DNA of 64,000 nt from an uncultured Phycisphaerales bacterium (lineage in GTDB: Bacteria > Planctomycetota > Phycisphaerae > Tepidisphaerales > Tepidisphaeraceae), in assembly GCA_963844715.1 (NCBI GenBank), contig CAWJPJ010000008.1, positions 32,001-96,000 of the forward strand, read 5' to 3'. The first letter of the stretch is position 1. Every line of letters begins with the position of its first letter. The translations under genes and the position numbers were made by a program. Under the pieces are notes generated by a model, which ran no database searches, was not told the DNA's origin, and was given only the letters and a program-made list of their open reading frames with translations. Positions 52,622 to 62,314 of this stretch are shown here, one piece after another.

Positions 52622-53643
52622 CTACCCGCCGGTTTCTATGGCCCTAAGCGGCTTCGTCGTCGCCTTATCACTAGGCGTATTGCTCAAAATCGTCACCGTC
52701 CCATCCCGCGTCTTCTCAAAACTATGCACAACATTCCCATCCTTGTCATAAAACGAAACGGTCAGCTTGTCCGGCGTAAACAGCAGGTTCCCAAACCCAA
52801 GAATGGATCTCGAAAACGGCCCGCGGTTATCCCGGCGCATCACTCCCAATTTCTTTCCGCCGCCGCCCACGAGGACGAAGCTGGTGTGCCAGCCCGGGAC
52901 TTCAAGATGTTGCAGGTCGTGGTCGTGCCCGCAGAGGTAGACGTCGAGGTTGTATTTCTTAAAGATTGCGCCCCAGGTGGTCATAAGGACGCCGTTGTCG
53001 CCATGGCTGCCGTTGCTGAAGATGGGGTGGTGCGCCATGGCGATGGTCCAGACCCCGTCGTGCGGCTTGCTCAGCTCGCCCTCCAGCCACTGCATTTGAG
53101 CGGCCCACTGGTCCGGCGGTATGGAATCCTTGTTGCTATCCAGAACGAACAGGCTGACAAGCGGATGATCCGCCGGGAAATCGACGCGATACCAGTGCGC
53201 GGGGAGCTTCCATCTCGATTCGGGATGGACGACCGAATATTGAAGCTCGATATCGGCCTTTGATTCCGGATAATCGTGATTGCCGAGGCTCACGTAAAAT
53301 GGGAAATTCATGCGCTTGGGGTCGTACATCGTCTCGAAGAGATTTTGCCAGACCGGGTCATCCACGCCGGAGACCTTCACATAAAAGTTATCGCCGGCCA
53401 GGAGCATGGCCGTAACCGGCGTGGCTTGCTTCGAGACGACGTTCTCCAAATCGGATGCGACCGCGCGCTGGCCGGCACCCCCTCACCCCAATCGCCCATG
53501 GCAAAGAAATTAACAGTCGGCTGCGTCGCCGGTTGCGTCGTGGGTTGCGTAGCAGGGGGTGCATCCGCTTCGACGCGAGGAACGAAGAGAAGGCCCAGCA
53601 GAAGCAGCGGAAAAATAGCGCGGCGGAAAATCATCAGCGACAT
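52622..53643 (-). CDS. Secreted metallophosphoesterase (purple acid phosphatase-like; frameshifted)
   Basis: GDWG, GDNFY, GNHDY, HHP, GHDH motifs; signal peptide followed by PATQPTTQPATQP. Confidence 0.88.
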
Positions 53644-53691
53644 GATAGGGAAATAACCAAAAAGTGTTAACTCCGCGCTTGGGGAAGGTCG

Positions 53692-55224
53692 TCAGCGGAG
53701 GTCATACAACTCGGCTGCGCCGCCAGTGTAATCGTGGCTGTCGATCAGCTTGCCGTGACTGGCCAGGATTTGCTCATAGATCGGGCGTTCGCGGAGCGGG
53801 TCCATCGAGAAGACGATCCAGACGCGCGGTTTGCCGAAAAATTCCTCGAGGTCCTGCGTATACGCCGGTGTTCGGGCTGCCGAATCGTCCTTCCAAACGC
53901 CGCTAACCGGCTGCGAGCCCGGAATCGCCAGGCCCGGCTGAGTATCAAGATAATATCGCCCAAGCACATCCGAGCCCCATGGCAGATAAAGCGCATCGCC
54001 CGGCTGCCAATTCGATTTCACATACGCGATCGCCGGCTTCACGTCGTACCAGATCGGCCGATGGATTGAGTATTTCGTCTCCAAATAGACGGGATAGATA
54101 AAGAAGACGATCGTCAGAACAAGCCGAGCGGGAATCGTCGGCGTCGAGACGATCGCCATGACCAGAGGCAAAATGAACAGCGGCAACGCAAAGAGAATTA
54201 GTCGGTCGCCGAAGGGATATCGATGCAGGCCCGAGGCGAACAGTGTCAGCACCAGTGCGCCGAAAATCAGCCGGAATAATCGGCTTTGCCGAAAGAGTAA
54301 TATCGCGCACCCGACGACGAACATCGCCGCGGCCAGCCACAGTATCCATGAAAAATGAGGATTCCCTCCCGGCGCGACCGCGACGGGGAATTCAAACGCC
54401 GTTCGCAGCGTCTTGGGATACCAGACAAGTTGCTCAGCCGAATGGGGAACCAGCGGGGCGAAGGAATTTTGATTCTCCCAATAGTCGGTGAGATACGCGC
54501 TGCTGGTGTAGAAGCGCGAGATAGCGACGTAGTTGATACCGAAGCTGATGAGCCACGCCGCGCCGGCGATGAGGATCGCTTTGAGCATCGGCCACTGTTT
54601 GGCGAAAAGATATTCCCACGGCAGGGCGAAGCCGACCCCGCCGAGGACGAAGAGGATCGGATGGGAGAACCAGATGAGCATCGTGCCGACGACGCCCAGG
54701 CGGATTAGTCCCCGGCGCGACTGGATACCCAGGGCAAGAATCATCACGACGATCGTCCACAAAACATCCGTGGAATATTGCTTCCCCTCGAACGAATACC
54801 GCACGGCCGGTTCGGAAAAGGCGAGAAAGGCAAGCGCCACAAGCGCTCCGGGCGGCGGAAGGACAACTTTGGCAAGTCGATAAAAGAGCGGCAGGGCGAT
54901 TATGCCGGCGATCAGAGGAACAACGCGCATCGCCTGTTCGTTCGGCCCAAATAGCAAGGTGGCCGTCTTCTGCATGAGCAGGAAACCCACGGGAGACGCC
55001 TGGTCGCTTACCAGCGGGCGGAACAACCCGGCGAAAGATCGCGTGAGAATGTTGTAGTCGAGCACCGCCTCGGAATGCATGACGCCGCGCGGCTGCACGA
55101 ACCGCCAGATGCGCAGAGCCGCGCCAATGACAATTATCGCCCAGCCCAGCGCGGGGCGTGACATGAACTGCCACGCTCTGGCGTAAAGGGGCGACTTGGC
55201 GGAAATCGTTTCAGTCGCGGTCAT
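53692..55224 (-). CDS. GT39/ArnT-PMT-like membrane glycosyltransferase (copy A)
   Basis: Polytopic membrane protein; HSEA, DQASPVGFL, EGKQYSTD, YPF..R. Confidence 0.72.
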   Translation of the reverse strand: MTATETISAKSPLYARAWQFMSRPALGWAIIVIGAALRIWRFVQPRGVMHSEAVLDYNILTRSFAGLFRPLVSDQASPVGFLLMQKTATLLFGPNEQAMRVVPLIAGIIALPLFYRLAKVVLPPPGALVALAFLAFSEPAVRYSFEGKQYSTDVLWTIVVMILALGIQSRRGLIRLGVVGTMLIWFSHPILFVLGGVGFALPWEYLFAKQWPMLKAILIAGAAWLISFGINYVAISRFYTSSAYLTDYWENQNSFAPLVPHSAEQLVWYPKTLRTAFEFPVAVAPGGNPHFSWILWLAAAMFVVGCAILLFRQSRLFRLIFGALVLTLFASGLHRYPFGDRLILFALPLFILPLVMAIVSTPTIPARLVLTIVFFIYPVYLETKYSIHRPIWYDVKPAIAYVKSNWQPGDALYLPWGSDVLGRYYLDTQPGLAIPGSQPVSGVWKDDSAARTPAYTQDLEEFFGKPRVWIVFSMDPLRERPIYEQILASHGKLIDSHDYTGGAAELYDLR

Positions 55225-55353
55225 GTCGGAAAGATCGGCAGGATAATCCGTGTCATACAAAAATAACCCGTCGCCTCCACCCAACACGAATACCCACGAT
55301 TGATCGTAACGCTTATACCGCGGGAACGACGAATCCGCGCCGGCAGGGTTCCG

Positions 55354-56922
55354 TTAATGCGCTAAAACTCCCGCGGCGGCAGCGGCGTTGTTGATCTCAT
55401 GTGCGTCGGTGCTCACGACCTGATTGCCGTCGCGATTCTCGATGATTTTCTGCATAAGCTCGTCAAACGAGGCAAATCCGAGTTTCTGCGCGTAGGTGGT
55501 GACGTTCCAAAGATTGTTCGCCGGGACCGGCGTGATCGATCCGTAAATAATCGGAGGCGGGGCCGGCGGGCGCTGGGTTTGGATGGCGTCGGTCTGTGGC
55601 CGCAGAATCCAACCGGGGCCTTGAAAAACGTGGTCAAGCCTCGCCTCGGTCGCGACGATCGGATCCTGGCGGTTCGTGCTCTTGGTGTCAATGCGGATCA
55701 CATTCGCGGCGCTGGGCATGTTAACCATCGCGACGTTCCGAAAGGTGACCGTCCGGCAGGTAATCGACTGCAACCCGCCGCCGGCGAGATCATTGTTCGG
55801 AGCCAGCGGCGCCCAGCTATATCCCCCGGCGTCGACGATCACGCGATCAAAAATATTTCCGGCCATATCGGCCGCCGCGTCGTTTCCAGCCAGAAAACAT
55901 GAGTACGGGTTCCCGACGAACGCACAGTCCTCGACCGACCCGCCAATGCGCCCCTCGCATCCCCACGCGGCCGCCGCAACGGACAGCACATTCTTCAGCC
56001 GCACGTTTCGCGGCGACGGCTCGTTGATGTGGTCCTCCCCGATGTAGATGTTGTGCCGCATGAAGTTCGGCGGATAACCCCCCCAGCCGTCCGTCGGCTC
56101 CATCCACCCGCCATGATAAAAAACACAATTCTCGACCAGCAGATCATGCACGGCATAGGCGTACATTTGATAATTCTGCCCGTAACATCGCGCGAACGTG
56201 CAGCGATTGACGACAAACGTCATGAACGCCACCGCCGGCCTGCTGAGTTCCTGCGCCTCGATTCCCGCCCGGCAGAATCGGAAGCGGCAATCCTCGATGC
56301 AAACGTGATTTCCGCCCGGCGAGCCGTCCACCATTCCAATCGCCGTGAAGCGCACCGAAGGCTGCCCCGTCACCGACGGATCCCCCTGCGGATCGTAAAA
56401 ATCCAGATGCTGGATGACGACATTTTCCGTGAACGTATCGGCGCCGCGCGGGCCCTTGATTCCCAAACTGCATTCCAGAACCGGCCGCGGCTGGGTCGCC
56501 GAAACGCCCAGCGCCGCCACAATCGCCGGACGGTCCGGGGTGCCGTTGATGTCAAAATTCGTATTGATCTGCCGAGACGTATAGACGCTTGCGCACTGCC
56601 CCGTGACGGGATCAACCACAAAATTGGGATTGTCCTCATCGTAGGCGCGAATCAAAATCGTGTTTGTCCCGGCGCGGCGGGCTCGCTCCAGGGCGGTGCG
56701 AAGATCGGGAGCATCACGCGGCTGGCAGCCGAGAATGATCGGATTCCCCGGAATCGGGAAATCGTGGCAGCCGTACTCGTCCGTGGGGAATTGCGAGAGC
56801 CACTTATCGCTCTCGTAAAATTTGTCCGGCCAGCCGGGGAGATTGACTTGCGCTTGCCCCAACGCCGCGGCGCACAAATAACCAAGCGCGACGACGGGAA
56901 TCAAAATCCTGGCTCGATTCAA
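55354..56922 (-). CDS. Secreted protein with probable right-handed beta-helix
   Basis: Signal peptide; repeating IEDCRF, VNRCTF, VENCVF, VEDCAF turns. Confidence 0.6.
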   Translation of the reverse strand: MNRARILIPVVALGYLCAAALGQAQVNLPGWPDKFYESDKWLSQFPTDEYGCHDFPIPGNPIILGCQPRDAPDLRTALERARRAGTNTILIRAYDEDNPNFVVDPVTGQCASVYTSRQINTNFDINGTPDRPAIVAALGVSATQPRPVLECSLGIKGPRGADTFTENVVIQHLDFYDPQGDPSVTGQPSVRFTAIGMVDGSPGGNHVCIEDCRFRFCRAGIEAQELSRPAVAFMTFVVNRCTFARCYGQNYQMYAYAVHDLLVENCVFYHGGWMEPTDGWGGYPPNFMRHNIYIGEDHINEPSPRNVRLKNVLSVAAAAWGCEGRIGGSVEDCAFVGNPYSCFLAGNDAAADMAGNIFDRVIVDAGGYSWAPLAPNNDLAGGGLQSITCRTVTFRNVAMVNMPSAANVIRIDTKSTNRQDPIVATEARLDHVFQGPGWILRPQTDAIQTQRPPAPPPIIYGSITPVPANNLWNVTTYAQKLGFASFDELMQKIIENRDGNQVVSTDAHEINNAAAAAGVLAH

Positions 56923-56986
56923 GCTGGGTCACTCTCCAGAAACCGTCTCGATGATACACGATGGGCGGCGGGATAATACACTGCGC

Positions 56987-57024
56987 AAAAAAAACGGAGG
57001 GCGGCCCTTTCGAGCCGCCCTCCG
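56987..57024 (-). terminator. Intrinsic terminator after the PKD gene
   Basis: CGGAGGGCGGC / GCCGCCCTCCG stem with A8 on the plus strand (U8 on the minus-strand transcript). Confidence 0.85.
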
Positions 57025-57041
57025 CCGTTGGGGCGATCACG

Positions 57042-59117
57042 CTAGCTCGTCGCCAGCGGCAAATTCGCGCCGGCGGTAAGTCCGTTGACAGAGACCATGT
57101 ATGTGCTCGTAAGCGTGACGTTTTCGTAGACATCGCCCGTGGGCACCCCGGTGGCGGCCCATTCCGCGGGAGTCAGATACCCGCTTTGCACGCCGCCCTT
57201 GGCGTTGACGTAGAAGTATCCGCCCTGCGCCCATCCAGACGGGGACGGAATGGCCCAGACGTTGTCACTGATGGTGCCGAACATATCCAGATTGTTCGCG
57301 TCGACGCTGATGATTCCCTGACCCTCGCCGGTTTGCAGTTTCGGCGCGACCAGGAGGTTGTCTTCCACGTTGACGTTTTGCGCAATCCCGTTGCTGACGG
57401 TGAGGAATCCGCCGTAGGTCGAGGTATCGACAACCGTGTTGTGGATGAGATAGACGTCGCTCACGTTCCAGTTGAACGGCGCGCCTTCCTGGGCGTCGAT
57501 GGTGATGGACTTCCCGTCCAGCGTGAACGCGTTGTCGCGCACCATGATTTGATGCGAACCCGGCGTAATCTGCAGGAACGTGTTGGACACGTTGTCTTCG
57601 AACACCACGTCGTTGACCGACGCATCGGTCGTCGCGCCCGGCGAACCGATCGGCCCGACGCCCATGCCGCCGTTCTCGATCTGGTTGGCGTAGATATATT
57701 CGTACGTCCCAAGCTGGATCGTGATGTCGACCTTCTGATTGTTGTTCAGCGTATTGTCCGCCACGAGCAATCCGTTGGCCCCGCCGCGGATCAGGCTTTC
57801 GCCCATTCCGGTGTTGACGTTGTTGCCGATGACCGAAATGTTTTGTCCCTGGATGAACGTGAAATAAGCGCTTAGCCCGGTCGCGCTGGGGGAGGAGTTC
57901 CCCTGCACCAGCACGTTATCCGGGTTGCTGTTCATGTTCATCGCGTTCAGGACGTTGACGAACGTGTTATCAAGAATGGTGATCTGGTTTCCGGCGATGA
58001 AGAAGCCGGACGGAATCGTTTGGGCGTCGTTGTTATCCGCGTAAATCGTGCTGAGAGTCAGCCCCTGCACGGTGAATCCCTGGGTCGTGTTCGACATCCC
58101 GATGATCGCGCCCTGGGTGCCGCTGGGCCCGGTGTATTCCAGGATAGGCTGCGCGCCCGATCCGTAAGCGCCGAAATAGACGTTCTGCAACCCGGCGGCG
58201 GTCAGTTCGCTCGTGGCCGTCAAATCCCACGTCCCGCCGCTCTGGAACAGCACGCGCGTATTGCTCTTCAGCAGCTGCATCACGCGCGTGATGCTCTGAA
58301 TCGGATCGCTCGCGGACGTCCCGTCGTTGGCGTCGTTGCCGGTGTTGGAAACATAGATCGTCGCGCGGTTGTCCTGCATGACGCTGACGTCCTGCGTGGC
58401 CGTGCTGGTCTGGCCGTCCGAATTGGTGAGTGTCAGCGTGATCGTGTAATTGCCCGGCGTGGTGTACACGTGCCCGGCGGTGAAGCCGTCCAAGTTATTG
58501 TATTGCGAAGTCGGGTCTCCGAAATTCCACGTAACCGTGTCATTGATCGCGGCATCCGCGCCCGGCCCGAAATCCGAATTCGTCGCCGAAACGTTCAGCA
58601 TCTGCTCCGGATAGACGGTTCCGCTGGTGGTGAGGGTAATCACCGCCTGCGTCCCATCGGCGGCCTTGTTGCCGGTGGGATCACTGCTGGGCGGCTGCGT
58701 GGGGGCCGATTTCACGACAATCGGCGGCGTTTCCACCGGCGTTGTCTGGACCGTCGTCGCGGTCGTGGGCTTGAATGTCTCGGACGAGCCGGGCTTCATC
58801 ATATGGATGGAGCCGTCGGCGGCGACCACTTCAACATTGCCGGAAATCAGCGGCGAAACGTTAACCGTGTCGGTTTTGTCGCCCAGATCGACGACGATTT
58901 TGTTGATGCTCGGCGCGTTCTGCACCTCGCCGGTGTTGTCCGCCATGCCAAAGACGCGATTGTCCGTGGCGGTGCGCACATAGAAGGTGTTGTCCGCGCT
59001 GGTGTCGCCTTTAAGAGTGAGCGTTCCGCCGGCGAAAATCACCGCGGACATGAGGCGACGATCCTCAAGAGCTTCCCATCCCGCTTTTGAAATTGCTTTC
59101 TGGTTACGGCGTTTCAT
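57042..59117 (-). CDS. Extracellular PKD-domain/beta-helix protein with planctomycete-type N-terminal export motif
   Basis: WEALEDRRLMS (LEPR-XLL-like), WNFGD...HVYTTPGNYTITLT (PKD), IYVSNTGNDANDG, Asn-ladder repeats. Confidence 0.8.
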   Translation of the reverse strand: MKRRNQKAISKAGWEALEDRRLMSAVIFAGGTLTLKGDTSADNTFYVRTATDNRVFGMADNTGEVQNAPSINKIVVDLGDKTDTVNVSPLISGNVEVVAADGSIHMMKPGSSETFKPTTATTVQTTPVETPPIVVKSAPTQPPSSDPTGNKAADGTQAVITLTTSGTVYPEQMLNVSATNSDFGPGADAAINDTVTWNFGDPTSQYNNLDGFTAGHVYTTPGNYTITLTLTNSDGQTSTATQDVSVMQDNRATIYVSNTGNDANDGTSASDPIQSITRVMQLLKSNTRVLFQSGGTWDLTATSELTAAGLQNVYFGAYGSGAQPILEYTGPSGTQGAIIGMSNTTQGFTVQGLTLSTIYADNNDAQTIPSGFFIAGNQITILDNTFVNVLNAMNMNSNPDNVLVQGNSSPSATGLSAYFTFIQGQNISVIGNNVNTGMGESLIRGGANGLLVADNTLNNNQKVDITIQLGTYEYIYANQIENGGMGVGPIGSPGATTDASVNDVVFEDNVSNTFLQITPGSHQIMVRDNAFTLDGKSITIDAQEGAPFNWNVSDVYLIHNTVVDTSTYGGFLTVSNGIAQNVNVEDNLLVAPKLQTGEGQGIISVDANNLDMFGTISDNVWAIPSPSGWAQGGYFYVNAKGGVQSGYLTPAEWAATGVPTGDVYENVTLTSTYMVSVNGLTAGANLPLATS

Positions 59118-59279
59118 GTGATCCGCATCGACGCGGATTGCGGATCACTCCTCCACAGGATTAGGTAAAAGCGCGGCGGACTAGAAAATTGCCGCCGTCA
59201 AAAGTCGGCCGGACGGCGCACGCGCACCATCTTCACGTCCTATTAGAAAAGTTCGGTTTATAGCGGCGCGTTTAACCGG

Positions 59280-60797
59280 CTAATGACGGAGATCATAGCA
59301 AGCGACGAATTCGCCGTACGGATCGTCCTTGCAGCCCTCGCGGCCCATGCCGCTTAAGATGCGCAGGGCCATCTGCTCGTCGTTTACGCCCCCATGATCG
59401 CTCGGGTCCTCGAAGAACACCCACAGGCGCTTGCCCGCGAACGGCGCCAGTTCTTTTTCCCACCCGGCCCAATCGCCGGGCGCGGTTTGCTCCGGTTGAA
59501 ATGTAATGTCTGTAAGGCCCATGCGCTCTTTGTAGTACTCCAGCGCATACTGACAAAACGGATAAACGTAATAAACATCCCCCGGCCGGCGATTCGCCGC
59601 GACGAACGCCAGGGCGTCGCGCATTTCGTGCAATTTGGGCGGATGGCGGGCGTAATCGGCCGTCGTCGTGACCGGCGAAATCACCAGCAGAATCAGGGCT
59701 AAAACGCCTCCCCAGCGCTGCGGGGCGGGGGCGCTCCAAAGCAGATCGATCCCCGTCCCAATCCCCGCCGCCAGGAGCGGCGTGAGGAAGAGAATCATGC
59801 GGCTCTTGAATGGAAATTTATGCAATACAGATGCGGCCAGGGCAAATAAAATCGGCAGCACAAGGACCGCGAAAATGCGCCGGTCGCCGCGCCACCAGGT
59901 GATGAGTCCCAATATGTAAGCCAGCGCCGCCAATCCGGAAAACGCCAGGGCAAGCGGGTCCTCGAACACATCGAAGAATGTTTTCTTGTACCAGATGAAC
60001 GCCCCCCCGGATTTCGGAAACGGCGCAAACGCCCCGGCCGCCGACCAGAACGCCTGCATGAACGGATGGTGGCTCAAACGATGCAGCACGAAAATATAGT
60101 TGATGGCGAAACTGAGGACCCATGCCCCGAAGATGATGGACAGTTCCCTCGTATGCCTTGGAGAGGAAAGGAAACATTCCCACGCGCCGACCATGCCGAT
60201 CGCCGCCAGCACGAAGATCGCCGGATGGGAAAACCAAACCGCCAGCCGCCGCCGCGGATAGAATTGCGATTCGCAATGATGAAAATGAGGGGTTGTTCGT
60301 GCGGTGCCAAATCCACCGGCGCGTGACCAGGAGCATGGCAACGGCCACCAGGACGTCCGTCGAATATTGCTTCGTCTGCGAGGCGTAAAAGTATTGCTTG
60401 GCCGAGAGCGCGATGATCGCCAGGGCGATGAGCCCCGCGCGCGGGTCAAAATCGCCCGGCAAAGTCTCCAGAAAAGAATCAGCGCAATGATGGAAGCGAT
60501 CAGCGGAAAAAACCGCAGCGCCTTTTCCCCCGACCCGGCGAAATGCACGACCCCGCGCTGAACCAGCAAAAACCCGATCGGCGCCGCCTGGTCGTTATCA
60601 AGCTGTTTAAAAATCGCGAAGAACCCGCGATGGATAATGTTATACGCCAGCGCCGCCTCGTCGCGTTCCAGCGACCGATTTCCCAAATAAACGCGAATCC
60701 GCACCGCGATTCCGACGGCAAGCAGCCCCCAGCCGATCAGGCGGCTTTTCCATGCCGCCCGAGCGAAATCTCCGGTTATAGGGCTGGTCTGGCTCAT
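59280..60797 (-). CDS. GT39/ArnT-PMT-like membrane glycosyltransferase (copy B; compensating frameshifts)
   Basis: RSLERDEAALAYNI, DQAAPIGFL, QTKQYSTD (alternative frame 59818..60462); paralogue of 53692. Confidence 0.72.
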   Translation of the reverse strand: MSQTSPITGDFARAAWKSRLIGWGLLAVGIAVRIRVYLGNRSLERDEAALAYNIIHRGFFAIFKQLDNDQAAPIGFLLVQRGVVHFAGSGEKALRFFPLIASIIALILFWRLCRAILTRARGSSPWRSSRSRPSNTFTPRRRSNIRRTSWWPLPCSWSRAGGFGTARTTPHFHHCESQFYPRRRLAVWFSHPAIFVLAAIGMVGAWECFLSSPRHTRELSIIFGAWVLSFAINYIFVLHRLSHHPFMQAFWSAAGAFAPFPKSGGAFIWYKKTFFDVFEDPLALAFSGLAALAYILGLITWWRGDRRIFAVLVLPILFALAASVLHKFPFKSRMILFLTPLLAAGIGTGIDLLWSAPAPQRWGGVLALILLVISPVTTTADYARHPPKLHEMRDALAFVAANRRPGDVYYVYPFCQYALEYYKERMGLTDITFQPEQTAPGDWAGWEKELAPFAGKRLWVFFEDPSDHGGVNDEQMALRILSGMGREGCKDDPYGEFVACYDLRH

Positions 60798-60863
60798 CAA
60801 AAGGTATCGGCTTGGGCTTGAATCGCACTTGAAATCCCGGCCGAATGCCGCCAAGCTGTTCGC

Positions 60864-61270
60864 ATGGTCGAAATCCAAATCGCTTACGAGGGTGATCTTC
60901 GCTGCACCCGCGCCACGTTCCCAGCGGCACGACCTTTCACACCGATGCGCCCGTCGACAACATGGGCAAGGGCGAATCCTTTTCCCCCACCGATCTGGTC
61001 GCGACCGCCCTGGGTACGTGCATGCTCACCATCATGGGAATCGCCGCCAATCGCATGAAGGTCGATCTCACCGGCACGCGCGTGAGGGTCACCAAGGAAA
61101 TGACCACCACCGGCCCGCGCCGCATTGCCCGGCTCGGCGTGACGTTCGATATCCCCACCAAACTCTCCGCCGAGCAGAAGCAGCAATTGGAAGCTGCCGC
61201 CAATGCCTGTCCCGTTTGCAAGAGCATCCATCCCGACGTGGAAAGACCGATCACATTCAACTGGGCATAG
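60864..61270 (+). CDS. OsmC-family protein (frameshifted)
   Basis: YEGDLRC...TDAPVDN|GKGESFSPTDL..ALGTCM...ACPV. Confidence 0.85.
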
Positions 61271-61730
61271 CCGTTAATTTTTCGCCGCGCGGCTGGGTGA
61301 GATTGCGAACCAGATAAACGGCGATCGCCACGTTGATCGCGAAGATCGTCAGCCTGATGGACGTGAATCGCCGGTAGATTTCAAACACTTCGATGGGAAT
61401 GAGCCCCGCTGTGGTCAGCACCGTCATCCATTCCGCCCAATGCTTCAGCAGCATCAATCCCACCCCTTCGGTCAGGAACATCGCGCGTATCGAGCGCGAA
61501 GACGATCGGAAGCAGTTTCAGTTCCCCATGCGACGAATAGACCTTGGCCAGCAGCTCCTGAACGTGCGGGTTTCCCGGCGAAACATGCAGCCGCAGCGCC
61601 CAGCGGATGATCACTTCGCCGATGTCTCGGTGCAGCAGCCTCAGCGCCGCGATGGCCGCCGCGCCAGAAGAACTCCCTTGAATAACTTGAATGCCCCAAT
61701 CAGCCGCAGAACGCTCGCATGGCGATTCAT
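61257..61730 (-). CDS. DUF2127-like membrane protein (frameshifted)
   Basis: LRLIGAFKLFKG, TEGVGL...WAEW, IPIEVFE, INVAIAVYL. Confidence 0.75.
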
Positions 61731-61740
61731 TCCCCCGCAG

Positions 61741-62304
61741 TTATACCGGCGATTCCCGCCCAATGCGCGATACGTACTCGCGGAACCCCGCCGCCTGCTT
61801 CGCCAGGCGCAGATCGATCTCCGCGTCCATCAGCCGCCCGGCCGCATCCAACTTCGTATGAATCGCCGGTATGAAAACCCGATCCGGAAAAAGATGCGCT
61901 TTGCGATACGCGAAGATGTCCTGAAGATGCTCCACCGCGCGAAGCGAGCCGAACATTCCCGCCGATTCCCCCACAAACGCGACCGGTTTGTCCTGAAAAC
62001 TTTCCGGAAACTTCAGCATGTCGATGAAATATTTCAGCACGCCGGGGAACGACCCGTTGTATTCCGGGCAAACGATGTGCAACCCCGACGCTTCTAAAAT
62101 CCGATTTTGAAGGTTCACGATCGCCGGCGGCTTATTCTCGTAAGAGGTCGGCAGAAAAACCTCTGGAGGCAGTTCTTCCAGCGAGACCAATGAGACGGGG
62201 ATGCCCGCGGCGCGGTAATGGCCCTCGACGATTTGGGCGATTTTCAGGGCGCTGGAATTGGGACGATTGGTCCCGCTGATAATCAGAATGTTGGAATCGG
62301 CCAT
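61741..62304 (-). CDS. NADPH-dependent FMN reductase
   Basis: ISGTNRPNS, PEYNGSFPGVLKYFID, GSLRAVEHL. Confidence 0.9.
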   Translation of the reverse strand: MADSNILIISGTNRPNSSALKIAQIVEGHYRAAGIPVSLVSLEELPPEVFLPTSYENKPPAIVNLQNRILEASGLHIVCPEYNGSFPGVLKYFIDMLKFPESFQDKPVAFVGESAGMFGSLRAVEHLQDIFAYRKAHLFPDRVFIPAIHTKLDAAGRLMDAEIDLRLAKQAAGFREYVSRIGRESPV

Positions 62305-62314
62305 GTCCAGAATG

